Part shown: in pieces, positions 22,901-30,289 of the stretch | Position numbering within the stretch: position 1 is the stretch's first letter | Layout: every line of letters starts with the position of its first letter | Assembly: GCA_003599255.1 (NCBI GenBank) | Contig: QZJF01000005.1 | Coordinates: 32,985-96,984, forward strand | Reading direction: 5' to 3' | Origin: a candidate division WWE3 bacterium | GTDB taxonomy: Bacteria > Patescibacteriota > WWE3 > UBA101185 > UBA10185 | DNA: 64,000 bases | Notes under the pieces: model-generated | Told to the model about the DNA's origin: nothing | Seen by the model: only the letters and a program-made list of their open reading frames with translations | The model's database searches: none | Made by a program: the position numbers and the translations under genes

Positions 22901-22929
22901 TTATGTATTTTTTTGAGCAGTTTCTTCAT
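13966..22929 (-). CDS. Giant surface protein, 2987 aa: paralog with DUF2341-like domain, about 8 LamG domains and two inserted beta-propeller-like regions
   Basis: Same scaffold as its neighbours (LLPFFLGLIIILIPVFIFL TM; WLKRQQLNITN; LamG repeats); Asp-box-like SSDGINW insert; WxGELYxGGxF...IAKWxG repeats. Confidence 0.8.
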   Translation of the reverse strand: MKKLLKKIHKFLIKLLNPLKIAAQKIFSKLRVLNRTKKLLLPFFLGLIIILIPVFIFLIRNARNVQADWWQNQESGTGWLKRQQLNITNNSGDSLATETTIAVTINTKELVNQGKLQTDCDDLRVVFQSGSTATELDRYISYPGGGTCGTSEASKVYFKLQSALSDGSTATTYYMYYDNQNAATPSGADDAFDISSKDALLVCSFDGTTTCAAGETPSTETGAIRYTGEKSALSFDGSDDYIDGGSGSTIDDLGPFTFEGWFYIHGLGSSSSPRLFLKGDNFATPNNNNIQLYISSVKQLIFNVGYSTTDLNVTSASNAISYETWQHITVTWDGTTESDNVHVYVGGTEVSYTSKQDAVGSRNSDAAYNLYIGNSHNQVRDYHGYMDEIRVSNIVRYTSSFTPPTSPFVRDEYTKLLLHLDENGDDPRNTGKVIDDSGNANHGTITGAKYVAGLIGVDNNSTTTGKAGGGNSYAGHEGIFLEEGTTNKVTNPSFEYSTFNNNWDAQGNLEVQNLTSAGTQSNGSSFQRKTWFDGTRYWTGYYDYGNGDVLFFYSSDGINWTQNTGAALTSNVQDYSVYGDSSNLFIVYKTGGNIMARSATSYPGSNFTWGTEYTVFDTANTWYGPYITRDSNNYLWATANEYTGGNMDIYAVRSTNTNDPSTWNSSVNIGTGTSTVTSVNMIVPLNSGDVYAVYYEGTVAYGCFYDSQTDGRWEDSGGNDCTNGVNQDLILAAGTGYPASAVSDTTNYDVHLLVGHSSGPQYFRWDNGTGTNGTWQTAVDLGDQAVDPSISIDTSTGDLYGHWYDWNTNTVMYSTCDVSAAASECSTLSDWAATTNIQTGLTSQSNAELSSNYGDSGRIYLTWVDGTTHNWIIKWAQVLGPDITATENSSAPYYKFGAKSATLAASGGNGYFNIPIDPNAASSHTISAYVYEGTSGNVGGTVNNTVAQLVWEGVNQSSTTYTDMGGGWWRLTYSGTTTDTSNTYGLYVLSGKTVYVDGFQLEAKSYTTTYADGSLESDSGGSDTYFWDDDCDGTLDAGEDETGDQNTQCSTRTGTNIQYNSSGNISTNGTISFWYKREYQDLQQNARLFKWDGFGAQDYIYMYLQNATDPDLRVEFYTDGGTSRSCGNHPSPSIDEDEWHMITLTYTTNSAGADGCQLYVDAAAGTAGSSGQSWTFAPDASTFEIGNGGGTQAGGSISDFRITDSALTATEVADLYYAGLVSHSGTYETDAFDTDKGQNPVGIYHFDESYGSTAHDSSTYANDLTISGATWSTQSANAYSRLTRNLSFDGTDDYASASAQISKEMNFGTGSFSISGWFRHSSTISGTDTIVSKYNEAGYKVYMNAGGLICFGIDQDSTFDGDIACSTESFADSKWHHFEAVKDATTSIKIYIDGYLKTTDSTIGNTGTLSNTSALYVGSDSNGSDFWTGQLDEIVFYPYARDESQVKEDYLGSQIAQLYGAQAFDTLTHGLTGYWKMDSSSWNGTSGEVTDSSINSNDGTSSMDSGGTAVTTTTTGKFGQAGDIDGADDYLAIPHDGSLSPTNQFTISAWINPDSTFSGSSNFPQTILDKGDYRLYLDHSDGKIKFVVNDDSAKSLTLVEGATSTDFDYDNVYVTQEFGGNLYIGGSFDDYGGNTDADNIAKWDGSSWSWPAGQSLSSYVRSLILWNGELYAAGSFIDAGGDTDGDRIAKWNGTSWEWPTGMGLNASVNALIVWNNELYAGGDFTNAGGDADADYIAKWDGSSWSWPTGQTLGNNQTVNDLATWKGELYVGGKFVNAGGDADADRIAKWNGTSWEWPTGMGLSNDVTTMIAWDGNLYAGGTFTSAGGDADANYIAMWNGSSWSWPTGAQAALTGSGPDVVEMSVHQGKLWLTGRFSDAGGDTTADGTAMWDGTSFTNPIGCTFSSDNGSNSISSWKGDLLITTNVANICGVASNDHFLRYGTDVTKIISSTTDSFTSGTWYHTLITYDGYKLSLYINGILESSVDTSLTLNNSSLDLIFGKSYGSSNSNLGQDERFDGKIDEVRIYNRPVSHDEVENLYAWTPGPAGYWNFNENTGTTVYDTSGNGNNGTLSNSGWGLGKYGSAMLASQDGAQDVTTISDPASGLLDLTDTSDFTYTLWTRITQSEAGTKLINKGFSDALNAPGYTVYYTEGGGAGAVNCYIGDGTNFDTANNIGAGINDGQWHHIACVLDRDGDKTGLAGLYLYVDGILYGSDTSISTTDASNSDNITIGEEDTSSEMQNGGIDDVRIYNYARTRAQIIEDMNAGHPAPGSPVGSALGHWKLDEGYGSTAHNSGNGGADLDGTITSATWSNSGKFGKALSFNGSDSIVDFGVGAVTTELDGASAITLETWMKPQTYPGGTSRGRMISLHVADGNSGALLSVYGDNSVEVAGRSVAAETLETATAALSDPTEWHHIVGILDFQNDQIKIYVDGILSTTQSVTFTNTLYTAGTLTTAYDTLGAYKTTVTGDFYDGFLDSTKIYKFALTDDQVKTSHNAGMVSVFGSTGTNSSNNPTWSSANEYCPPGQGSACTSPIAEWKFDEKTGQVPYDTSGSGNNGTLGTTSGSDSSDPSWSHAGSCKSGSCLLLDGSSDYINVGTSSNFYVSTDTAATLNFWLKDNSIGTGISRLFVLTGTSNSDVRFGFGTRNSGRYLSVDYRDSGGAAQTLTDTTTSLSDGKMHMATLVFSGTTVSLYIDGKLLASDTDFSATNSLNGGSAESRIGQQNSTFYWNGIIDNVTLYDYARSPAQVAWEYNKGSPIGWWKFDECSGTTAYDSSGNGNNGTITPGASGNTSAGTCGSGTSTEMWNDGTSGKINSSLGFDGDDDYVTMGDPSSGIFDFGADQTFSISFWMKADDTDTTQFLISKRGAAAAGYEFRRTPTSGWFLRMDEPVAGIVDTQVRANLADGNWHHIVFGRDTSRHFIYVDGSLDNSYSDTSLEDLSNSEVFAVSNPAAANGTNGQVDDIRVFNYALTVEQIRDIINYGAVRFD
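17105..18080 (-). repeat. About 7 tandem ~48-aa beta-propeller blade repeats inside the 2987-aa protein
   Basis: Repeating LYAGGxFxxAGGDxDADxIAKWxGxSWxWPxG units (five clear, two degenerate); boundaries approximate. Confidence 0.8.
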
Positions 22930-23092
22930 TGTTAGATCCCTATTTTTCGTCAGTAAATTGTCCCATTTTTAACAAATATGAACAAGCAATTTTGCTTGAT
23001 TTCACGCCAAATAACTGAACATATAATGTGTTCGATTGCATTAAAACGTATGTTTTCAACACTTCCGCTACTTGAACACAAAAGATGTACAT

Positions 23093-26000
23093 TTAATCAT
23101 ATCCAAAGTTAACAGCCCCAGAACTATATTCGCTCCTTACCTGGTTTTCAGTCATGGCATAATTAAAGATTCTTATGTTATCTATTAGTCCACCGAAGAA
23201 GTTTCTGTAACCGTTATTGTTTATGTTTCTGGTTGCACCTATTATCAAATTATTATTTGATGCTACAACATCGACTGTACCGGTTGCTTTTAAATTTCCG
23301 TTTACATAGATATAGCTTGTAGATCCGTTGGTTATTCCTACAATATGCGTCCATGTATCATTTAAAATAGATTCGGTAGTGTCCAAACAACTGCCCCCAA
23401 ATCCGCCCAAACTGACATTTCCGCCATCGTTAATAAACAATCCCCAGCCTTCAGTTCCATTGCACGGATCGTCTGCAAGTCCGCGGGCCACTATAGCCTT
23501 ATTTCCTGTTAAATCAGTGGTTTTTACCCACGCAGATATTGTCACAGGATTTAAATCCAAATCAAGTTTGCTCGAGGCACCAGCTGTGACGGATACATAA
23601 TCATCTGTTTCGTCAAACCCAAGGGAGGCACTATGCTTACCGGTTGTACCATCGTTCCACATTTCCGTAGAAGTGCCGGAGCCACATGTACCCGCAGATG
23701 TATTTCCAGAGGCCCCGGGGGTAATGGTTCCGTTTAGTCCGTTTCCGCTGGAGTCATTGGCGGTTGTTCCGCTGCACTCGTCGAATTTCCACCAAGCTAC
23801 CGGCTCGCCGCGGCTGTATTCCCAGGCAATTTGCTCAGCGGATCGGGCGTAATTGTATAGGCGGACTTCATCAATCTTTCCTGCCCACCATTCCGAAAAA
23901 CTATCAGTTCCGCTGTCATAAACACCCACATCCAGATCCTGTGTATTTTCAGACACTCCACCGTATGTGTAATTAAGGGAAGAATTATCGACCGTACCGT
24001 TAATATATAGGTACATGTTGTCGTTAGAAGTACCGGTGGTTTCATCCATAGTAAACACAACGTGATACCACTGATTCAAATTAAGTGACGTATTAGAGGT
24101 CAGGCATGCCATGCCTATGCAGGCACTCAAGTTTTCCGAACTATCTACAGCAATATAATAGTTAGGCCCCCCGCCTTTACTCAGTACTGTTTTATATCCG
24201 GATGTGATATCAGTATCAAGATAAATCCATGTGGCTATGGTAATATCACCTGTAATATCCAGATCGCTGTCGTCAGCAAATGCAACACGGCTACTTGTAC
24301 CATTAAAGTTAAGGGCAGTCCCAGTTTTTCCGGGAGTCCAACTTGCTCCAGTAACAGTGCCGTTTGCAGTTGTATCTGCTACATTTACAACATATACGTC
24401 TGAATTCTCATCAAAGTTTGCATGAAATACAGGTGGTGTACAAGTCGAACCTTGTCCGGACGGGCAGTATGTATTGGCAGATGCCCAGGTGGGGTTGCCA
24501 GAAGAATCGGTCCCGGTTGCTCCGAAGACCTGAGCTTTGCCTTGCGCATACTCGACTTTTGCTTGTTCGGCTGTTAACACAAAATTGTATATTTTGACTT
24601 CGTCAATATGCCCATCAAATGTTTGTGTGCCTCCAACTTGGTTGTTGCCGATAGTGATGGTGCTGGTGCTGTCATCCAGCGGGGATCCGGCACCTTCCGT
24701 AGCTGTATCATGGCCGACTTCTAAGCCGTTAACATAAAAATGCACTCCCGACGAGGCTGTACCTCCGTCCCAGGTTACCATGACGTGCTGCCATTCATTA
24801 AAAGTTATTGAATTAACGGCTGAAGCCACTGTTAGATCTGTAGTGCCAAGCATTTTTCTAAAAGACATATTGCTGGCACCAGCGCTGTTGTTTATTGCCC
24901 ATCTGAATCCGTCAGTACCGGGTGTTGTTTTTGCCATGATAAAAGCAAAGTCGAATTCTCCAGCACTTTGGGGATTGATCCAAGCCGATAAAGTAAATTC
25001 TGTCATGTTATCTACACTTGACGAAGCCCCCATACGAACCACGTCATCGTTTGTGCCTGATGTTCCTCCTGCAGGCCCTTCAAATTCCAATGCTCTGTCA
25101 AATTTTCCATCATTTCTCCACTGAGGGCAGTCTGTGGTTCCGGATTGAGGACAAGTTAAGCTGCTATCTCCCAGATCCCCATCAAGTGCGCTACCGGCAG
25201 ACCCTGAATTTCTTGCTGTATCTCCATAGCCTTCGTCAAATTTCCACCACGCTACAGCGGAACCGATGGGGGAGCCCGGTGCGGGGTGGGAGGCGTTCAT
25301 ATCCTGTACAATCTGTGCCGGTGTCCTGGTGTAGTTGTAGATCTTTACGTCGTCCATAATTCCGTCCACGGCGTTGCTTGTACTTTGCTGGGCATTACCG
25401 ATAGCAAAGCTGTCGCTGTTAGTCCAGGTCTGTGCGGATGTATCGGTTGATTTTAAATTTCCGTTCACATACAAGGAGTAGGTGGTGCCGGATTTTGTAA
25501 CTGCCACATGCTGCCAGGTTTTTGTAGTCAGTGTTACGTTGTCGACCTCAAACAAACTATCGGCATTACTCTCACCAATGTTCATCAATATTTCACTTGA
25601 TGCGTAGCCCATGCACCAGTCCATGGTGGAATAAGAAAATCTCTTGCACAAGAATCCATCTACTCCCAGAGTATTTGGATATACCCAAAACATGAATGAA
25701 AAGTTATCAGTGTCATCAGTCATAAAATTTGTGGAATCCTCAATGGTTATGTAGTCATCTGTATTGTCAAACTCACAGCCGGTACCGAACTTTCCCGGTG
25801 TATTGCACTTCATGCCCGAATCGTTGGCACCGTCATATGTTGTGGCCGGATTTCCGTTTCCACTGGAGTCTTTTAGAGTTACACCGTTTCCTGCTGAGTT
25901 TTCATCCATTTTCCAGTATCCTGCGGGCCCCGGTGCCCAGTTGTGTAGATCCCTCACTTCGGAAGAAGAGAGCGCACGATTGTAAATACGGACTTCATCA

Positions 26001-29000
26001 ACTTGACCATTAAATGATCTTCCTGATATACCAGGATCATCTCCGATACTAATATCATCATCATTGGATGCAACTGACGTAGTGTTGTCATCCCCGGTGC
26101 TTATTAACTCACCGTCTATGTACAAGTAAACTTTATCGGTGTTTGTGTTCCGAACACCTACAGCATGGTGCCAGTTACCGTCGTTATATGCACCTGAACT
26201 TTCCGCATATCCCGCATTGCCTCCATAGATTCTAAATGCAACACGTTCTGTACTGTTAGTTATCATAAGCCAGAATGGGTAGGCAGGACCATTTGCGTTT
26301 TTATTTACAATAGTTCCGTTATCCGTATATTCCGCGCTGGTATTAAACCAAGCTGAAACTGTATATGAATCGTCTGTAGCACCTAAGTCGGTGGATGCTG
26401 TTTCGGCAACTCTGACCCCGTCATCTGTGCCGTCAAAACTCAAGGAGCTTCCGTACTTGCCGGTTGCCCAGCCGGTGTCACCGCTCCAAGTTGTTGAATT
26501 ATTGCTATTTCCGCTGGAATCACTAACGGATGTTCCGGTATTTTCATCCATGTCCCAGTGTGCAACTAAACCCTGTTCAAGCTGATTATATATATTCATG
26601 CCAAATGCCTGTGAAATTGGTGTTGAAGTTATATCGCCTTTGACCTGGTTCTCGGTTTTTGCATAAGGATAAATTGAGACCTCATCTATGTCAGCATCCC
26701 ATGGGTTGGAGGTTCCGTCTGAATCTATTCCTATGTATAATTTTGCGTTAGCACTCAAAGAACCCAATGTTACAGATCCTGTTTGTGCGATTTGTGATCC
26801 GTCAATAAATAATGTGATCGTTGACGTATCTTTGACAGCATCGAAATGATGCCAGGTTGAGTCAGCGTAGGAAGTAGGGGAGCATACAGAGTAATCCGGT
26901 CCCCATGAAGAATCGTCATCGACTCCAAAACATATATTTCCGGTGCTGTTCATATACACTTTCCACCCGGCCGTTCCGTACCGGGCTATCAGAGTATCGG
27001 TGCCGGTTATTGACGATGGATGTTGAAACCAGCCCTGAACCGTAAAACCTTCTGTCCCAAAGTCAAAATCACGATCCCAATCCTGATAAACATAATCGTC
27101 GGTTGCGTCAAAGTGCAAATGATTTACCGTAAGCGCGTTGGGATTTGGAGAAACTGCATGCCACTCGGCTCCTGAAACTGTCAGATGATTACCGTATTGT
27201 GATGAGTCATGTGCTGTGGTGCCGCAGCATTCATCAAAGTGCCAATAGCCCACCGGGTCTTGGCCTTTATCACCGCTGAACCGGTCGACTTCAATATTGT
27301 CAGAGCGGGAAACTAGCCCGGAATAGTATATATCAGCTGCCTGGGTTGAAGTAAGAGCAGTGTCAAAGATACGCAGGTCGCTGTATGACCAGAATTCATC
27401 CGTACTGTATTGATCCCCAAGCTCAATATTACCTATGCTGGGCGGCTCAGTTATATCCGAGTTTGTAGTACCTATAGCGCCATTGCCATATAGAGAAATT
27501 CCGTTTGTTGTATCCCAGGTAGCAACAAGGTGTACCCAAGTGTCTGCAGACAGAGAAGAAGGATTATATATTGCAGTGTAGTTTGTAGTGCAATCGATCC
27601 ATTTCTGAATCTCAAATCTGTCCCCATATCCCGGGCTTGAATACCTTAGCATGAACCCTTCGCAGTTGTTTCGCATAGAAATAATATTGTAATTGTGGTT
27701 CGATTCCATAGTGGAATCTCCTAGCATAGGTTTCACCCAAATGCTAAGTGAGCCAGAAGTTGTTGATACATTGCCTGTCTTTGTGTATGTTAGATCGGTG
27801 TCCGCTCGGGTGCTGGTGCTGTCATGTTCCGTTCCGGTCCACGCATAACCTGTTCCAATTGAGCCGTCGGTGTATGTTGTGGCGTGTTCTTTTTCTTCAA
27901 GTTGAAAGCCGTCTACATATATAACTTTTCCGGGTTCCACAGAAATTCCAAACTCTTGAACACCGGAAGCAGCCGCTCCTGTATAGCTCAACCTCCACCA
28001 ACCGCCTCCCATGTCCTTGTAAGTTGTGGTCTGTTCTGTGCCGTTAAATATTAGAGAGGCCACTGACGAACTTACGTCATATCCATAAAACAAAAAAGTA
28101 GTGCCTGAAATAACATTCGATTGACTATACACGTATGCGGATAGAGTATGGGTGTTGGTATTTCCTGCATCCACTGAGAAAGTTAAAGTCATGGGATTTG
28201 AGTCAATGATGGAGAAAATATAATCGTAGCTTGCAGTAGGTGTCCACACATTGGATTCGTTCATTCGCGTATAGGTGCCGTTTGGATATGTCGCTGAAGT
28301 ATAGTCATACAACCATTTCACAGTGCTATCAGAGTCCAAGACAGCTTGTTCAATTGTTCCATCTACGTCGGTGTACGCTATCAGAACAATGTAGTACTGA
28401 GTCCCGCTTGTTAAAGATGGCGATGAAGCAAAGCTAAATGTTACATCGGTGTAAGAGGTGAATGAGGATACCAACACTGCCTCGCTCTGACCGTTAGTAA
28501 TAGGTGTTCCGGACGGCGATCCGCCGGAGTCAGACTGTATCTCAACACGCATAGAAACGGTTGTATAGCTTGAACCAGACTTAAACATGGGCAAAATTAT
28601 TGATGAAGCCGAAGTACTCGAAGAAACCTGAAAACCCTGGGCAAGTCTTTTGGAGCTTGTATCCAGGTACAACCCTGAATATACCTGCTGTGCATTATCA
28701 AACCCATAACCCTCAACATATCCACTGAGCTTGGCGCTCTTATTGCCAAATCTTGAAAAGTTTGAAGTTGAATTCTCATTTTCAGTTAGACCTGATCCTG
28801 CCGTCCAGTCATTGACATAACTCGAGTGCTCAAATGAGGGATTAGTTATCTTGTTGGTTGTAACCTCTTCAATAAATATTCCCTCGTGACCTGAATATGT
28901 GTTTCCTCCGGCTGATTTGCCGGTATTTGTCGCCGATGCATCTACTCCCACAAGCCCTGAAATGTATCCCGGATCTGTGTTTTCTACTGCTGTAGTACTA

Positions 29001-30289
29001 CCCAGAGTTCCGTGATTGCCATTGCCTGAATCGTCGAAAACTTTTCCGGTCTGTCTGGGATCATTTCGATTTTCATCAAAGTGTAGCAACAGCTTAGTAT
29101 AATCGTCCCTTAAATAGGGGATGGTCTGAGGAGTAAAATTTGAATCATAGCGGGCGATGTTCGATATTCTGAATTCATCCATTAGTCCGCGGTAAAACCC
29201 GGTTTGACAAGCAACTGAGCCGATCCTGAAGGTGTCCGCGTCACCATTATACGCACCGACTCCAGCCGTTTGAGTAGAATATGATGCTTCGGTTCCGTTG
29301 ATAAACACTCTTCCAGTTTTATTTGAAGAAGTATAGACAATTGCCACATGGGTCCATTGATTGCCGCTCACAGTGGTGCTTGTCGTTGTAACTGTATCCG
29401 TTGTGGCGTTTTCAACGCGTAACGTGATTGCCCCACCGGATATGTCGGCACGAAATCCATCAATAGTACAGCCGTATGTACCAAAAATAAACTGTGCCGG
29501 CCCGTAGGAAATATTATTGTAATTAAGCCACATCTCTACCGTGAAGTCTCCTTCAGGCAGATTGTCCAATGTAGTGTAAGAAGTTCCAAAAAGGACAAAG
29601 TCATTTGCCCCGTCAAAGTTGAGAGCCGACTTGGATCCTGTATATCTCCCAGCCCCCGTATCCGTGGTAGGTTCTTCCAGTCCATCCCCGTTAATACAGT
29701 CCGTCGTTCCATCAAACGGGCAAATGAGAAGAGCGTTAGTCGATCCGACATCGAATGTATCCACGTTGTTTGCCGTTATTGCATCTTTATTTCCATAATA
29801 CAAATAGTAATCGTCAGCTGACGCGCCGTTTGTCAGAGCTGCCTGAAGTTTGAAATATACTTTGGCAATTCCGGATGTGTGGCACGTACCCCCACCCGAT
29901 GGCGATGTGTAACTATCCAGTTCCGTATGTGATGTGTCGTCTGTGGTATAAACAATTCTTATGTCCTCACAGTTTTCTTTAAGAACGCCTCTGTTAGCCA
30001 TACTCAACGTATCGACGGTAACTGCGACGGTTGTACCCGAGGCCAATTCATCTCCGGAATTGTTAGTTATATTAAGTTTTTGTCTCTTTTCCCAGGCTGT
30101 GTGAGCGGGGGACCATTGTGCTTCTACGGGTTTAGAGTGTCGTGCAAGATAGATAAAGATTGGGACGGTGATGATAAGTAATCCCAGCGCAAAAGGAGCC
30201 AGTACTTTTTGATACTTTTTAAAATATTTTTTTAAAATCTTTAGGCGGTGCACTTGGCTCAGGCCCTTTTTTATTATTTTATTCAACAT
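23093..30289 (-). CDS. Giant surface protein, about 2398 aa: third DUF2341-like/LamG paralog
   Basis: TM LAPFALGLLIITVPIFIYL, WEKRQKLNITN, LamG repeats. The ATG at 30289 overlaps the end of the upstream giant gene by 11 nt. Confidence 0.8.
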   Translation of the reverse strand: MLNKIIKKGLSQVHRLKILKKYFKKYQKVLAPFALGLLIITVPIFIYLARHSKPVEAQWSPAHTAWEKRQKLNITNNSGDELASGTTVAVTVDTLSMANRGVLKENCEDIRIVYTTDDTSHTELDSYTSPSGGGTCHTSGIAKVYFKLQAALTNGASADDYYLYYGNKDAITANNVDTFDVGSTNALLICPFDGTTDCINGDGLEEPTTDTGAGRYTGSKSALNFDGANDFVLFGTSYTTLDNLPEGDFTVEMWLNYNNISYGPAQFIFGTYGCTIDGFRADISGGAITLRVENATTDTVTTTSTTVSGNQWTHVAIVYTSSNKTGRVFINGTEASYSTQTAGVGAYNGDADTFRIGSVACQTGFYRGLMDEFRISNIARYDSNFTPQTIPYLRDDYTKLLLHFDENRNDPRQTGKVFDDSGNGNHGTLGSTTAVENTDPGYISGLVGVDASATNTGKSAGGNTYSGHEGIFIEEVTTNKITNPSFEHSSYVNDWTAGSGLTENENSTSNFSRFGNKSAKLSGYVEGYGFDNAQQVYSGLYLDTSSKRLAQGFQVSSSTSASSIILPMFKSGSSYTTVSMRVEIQSDSGGSPSGTPITNGQSEAVLVSSFTSYTDVTFSFASSPSLTSGTQYYIVLIAYTDVDGTIEQAVLDSDSTVKWLYDYTSATYPNGTYTRMNESNVWTPTASYDYIFSIIDSNPMTLTFSVDAGNTNTHTLSAYVYSQSNVISGTTFLFYGYDVSSSVASLIFNGTEQTTTYKDMGGGWWRLSYTGAAASGVQEFGISVEPGKVIYVDGFQLEEKEHATTYTDGSIGTGYAWTGTEHDSTSTRADTDLTYTKTGNVSTTSGSLSIWVKPMLGDSTMESNHNYNIISMRNNCEGFMLRYSSPGYGDRFEIQKWIDCTTNYTAIYNPSSLSADTWVHLVATWDTTNGISLYGNGAIGTTNSDITEPPSIGNIELGDQYSTDEFWSYSDLRIFDTALTSTQAADIYYSGLVSRSDNIEVDRFSGDKGQDPVGYWHFDECCGTTAHDSSQYGNHLTVSGAEWHAVSPNPNALTVNHLHFDATDDYVYQDWDRDFDFGTEGFTVQGWFQHPSSITGTDTLIARYGTAGWKVYMNSTGNICFGVDDDSSWGPDYSVCSPTSYADSTWHHFDAVKDTSTITLFIDGSQIAQTGSVTLGSLSANAKLYIGIDSDGTSNPWDADIDEVSIYPYAKTENQVKGDITSTPISQAFGMNIYNQLEQGLVAHWDMDENTGTSVSDSSGNSNNSTTWSGDTGWATGKYGSSLSFDGTDDGVRVAETASTDLGATDDSYTVSAWFNTSAEYTDNGTIVNKNANGPAYPFWLMITNSTERVAFRIYGGNAGYAESSGAYNDGNWHHAVGVRNTNTDKVYLYIDGELISTGDDNTTSVASNDDDISIGDDPGISGRSFNGQVDEVRIYNRALSSSEVRDLHNWAPGPAGYWKMDENSAGNGVTLKDSSGNGNPATTYDGANDSGMKCNTPGKFGTGCEFDNTDDYITIEDSTNFMTDDTDNFSFMFWVYPNTLGVDGFLCKRFSYSTMDWCMGYASSEILMNIGESNADSLFEVDNVTLTTKTWQHVAVTKSGTTYSLYVNGNLKSTDTSAQTWTNSDSFAIGNAQQSTSNAVDGIMDDVKIYNYTRTPAQIVQDMNASHPAPGSPIGSAVAWWKFDEGYGDTARNSGSAGSALDGDLGDSSLTCPQSGTTDCPQWRNDGKFDRALEFEGPAGGTSGTNDDVVRMGASSSVDNMTEFTLSAWINPQSAGEFDFAFIMAKTTPGTDGFRWAINNSAGASNMSFRKMLGTTDLTVASAVNSITFNEWQHVMVTWDGGTASSGVHFYVNGLEVGHDTATEGAGSPLDDSTSTITIGNNQVGGTQTFDGHIDEVKIYNFVLTAEQAKVEYAQGKAQVFGATGTDSSGNPTWASANTYCPSGQGSTCTPPVFHANFDENSDVYVVNVADTTANGTVTGASWTPGKTGTALNFNGTSSRVAFADDSDLDITGDITIATWIYLDTDITSGYKTVLSKGGGPNYYIAVDSSENLSACIGMACLTSNTSLNLNQWYHVVFTMDETTGTSNDNMYLYINGTVDNSSLNYTYGGVSENTQDLDVGVYDSGTDSFSEWWAGKIDEVRLYNYARSAEQIAWEYSRGEPVAWWKFDECSGTTANDSSGNGLNGTITPGASGNTSAGTCGSGTSTEMWNDGTTGKHSASLGFDETDDYVSVTAGASSKLDLDLNPVTISAWVKTTDLTGNKAIVARGLADDPCNGTEGWGLFINDGGNVSLGGFGGSCLDTTESILNDTWTHIVGITNGSTSYIYVNGNLKATGTVDVVASNNNLIIGATRNINNNGYRNFFGGLIDNIRIFNYAMTENQVRSEYSSGAVNFGYD

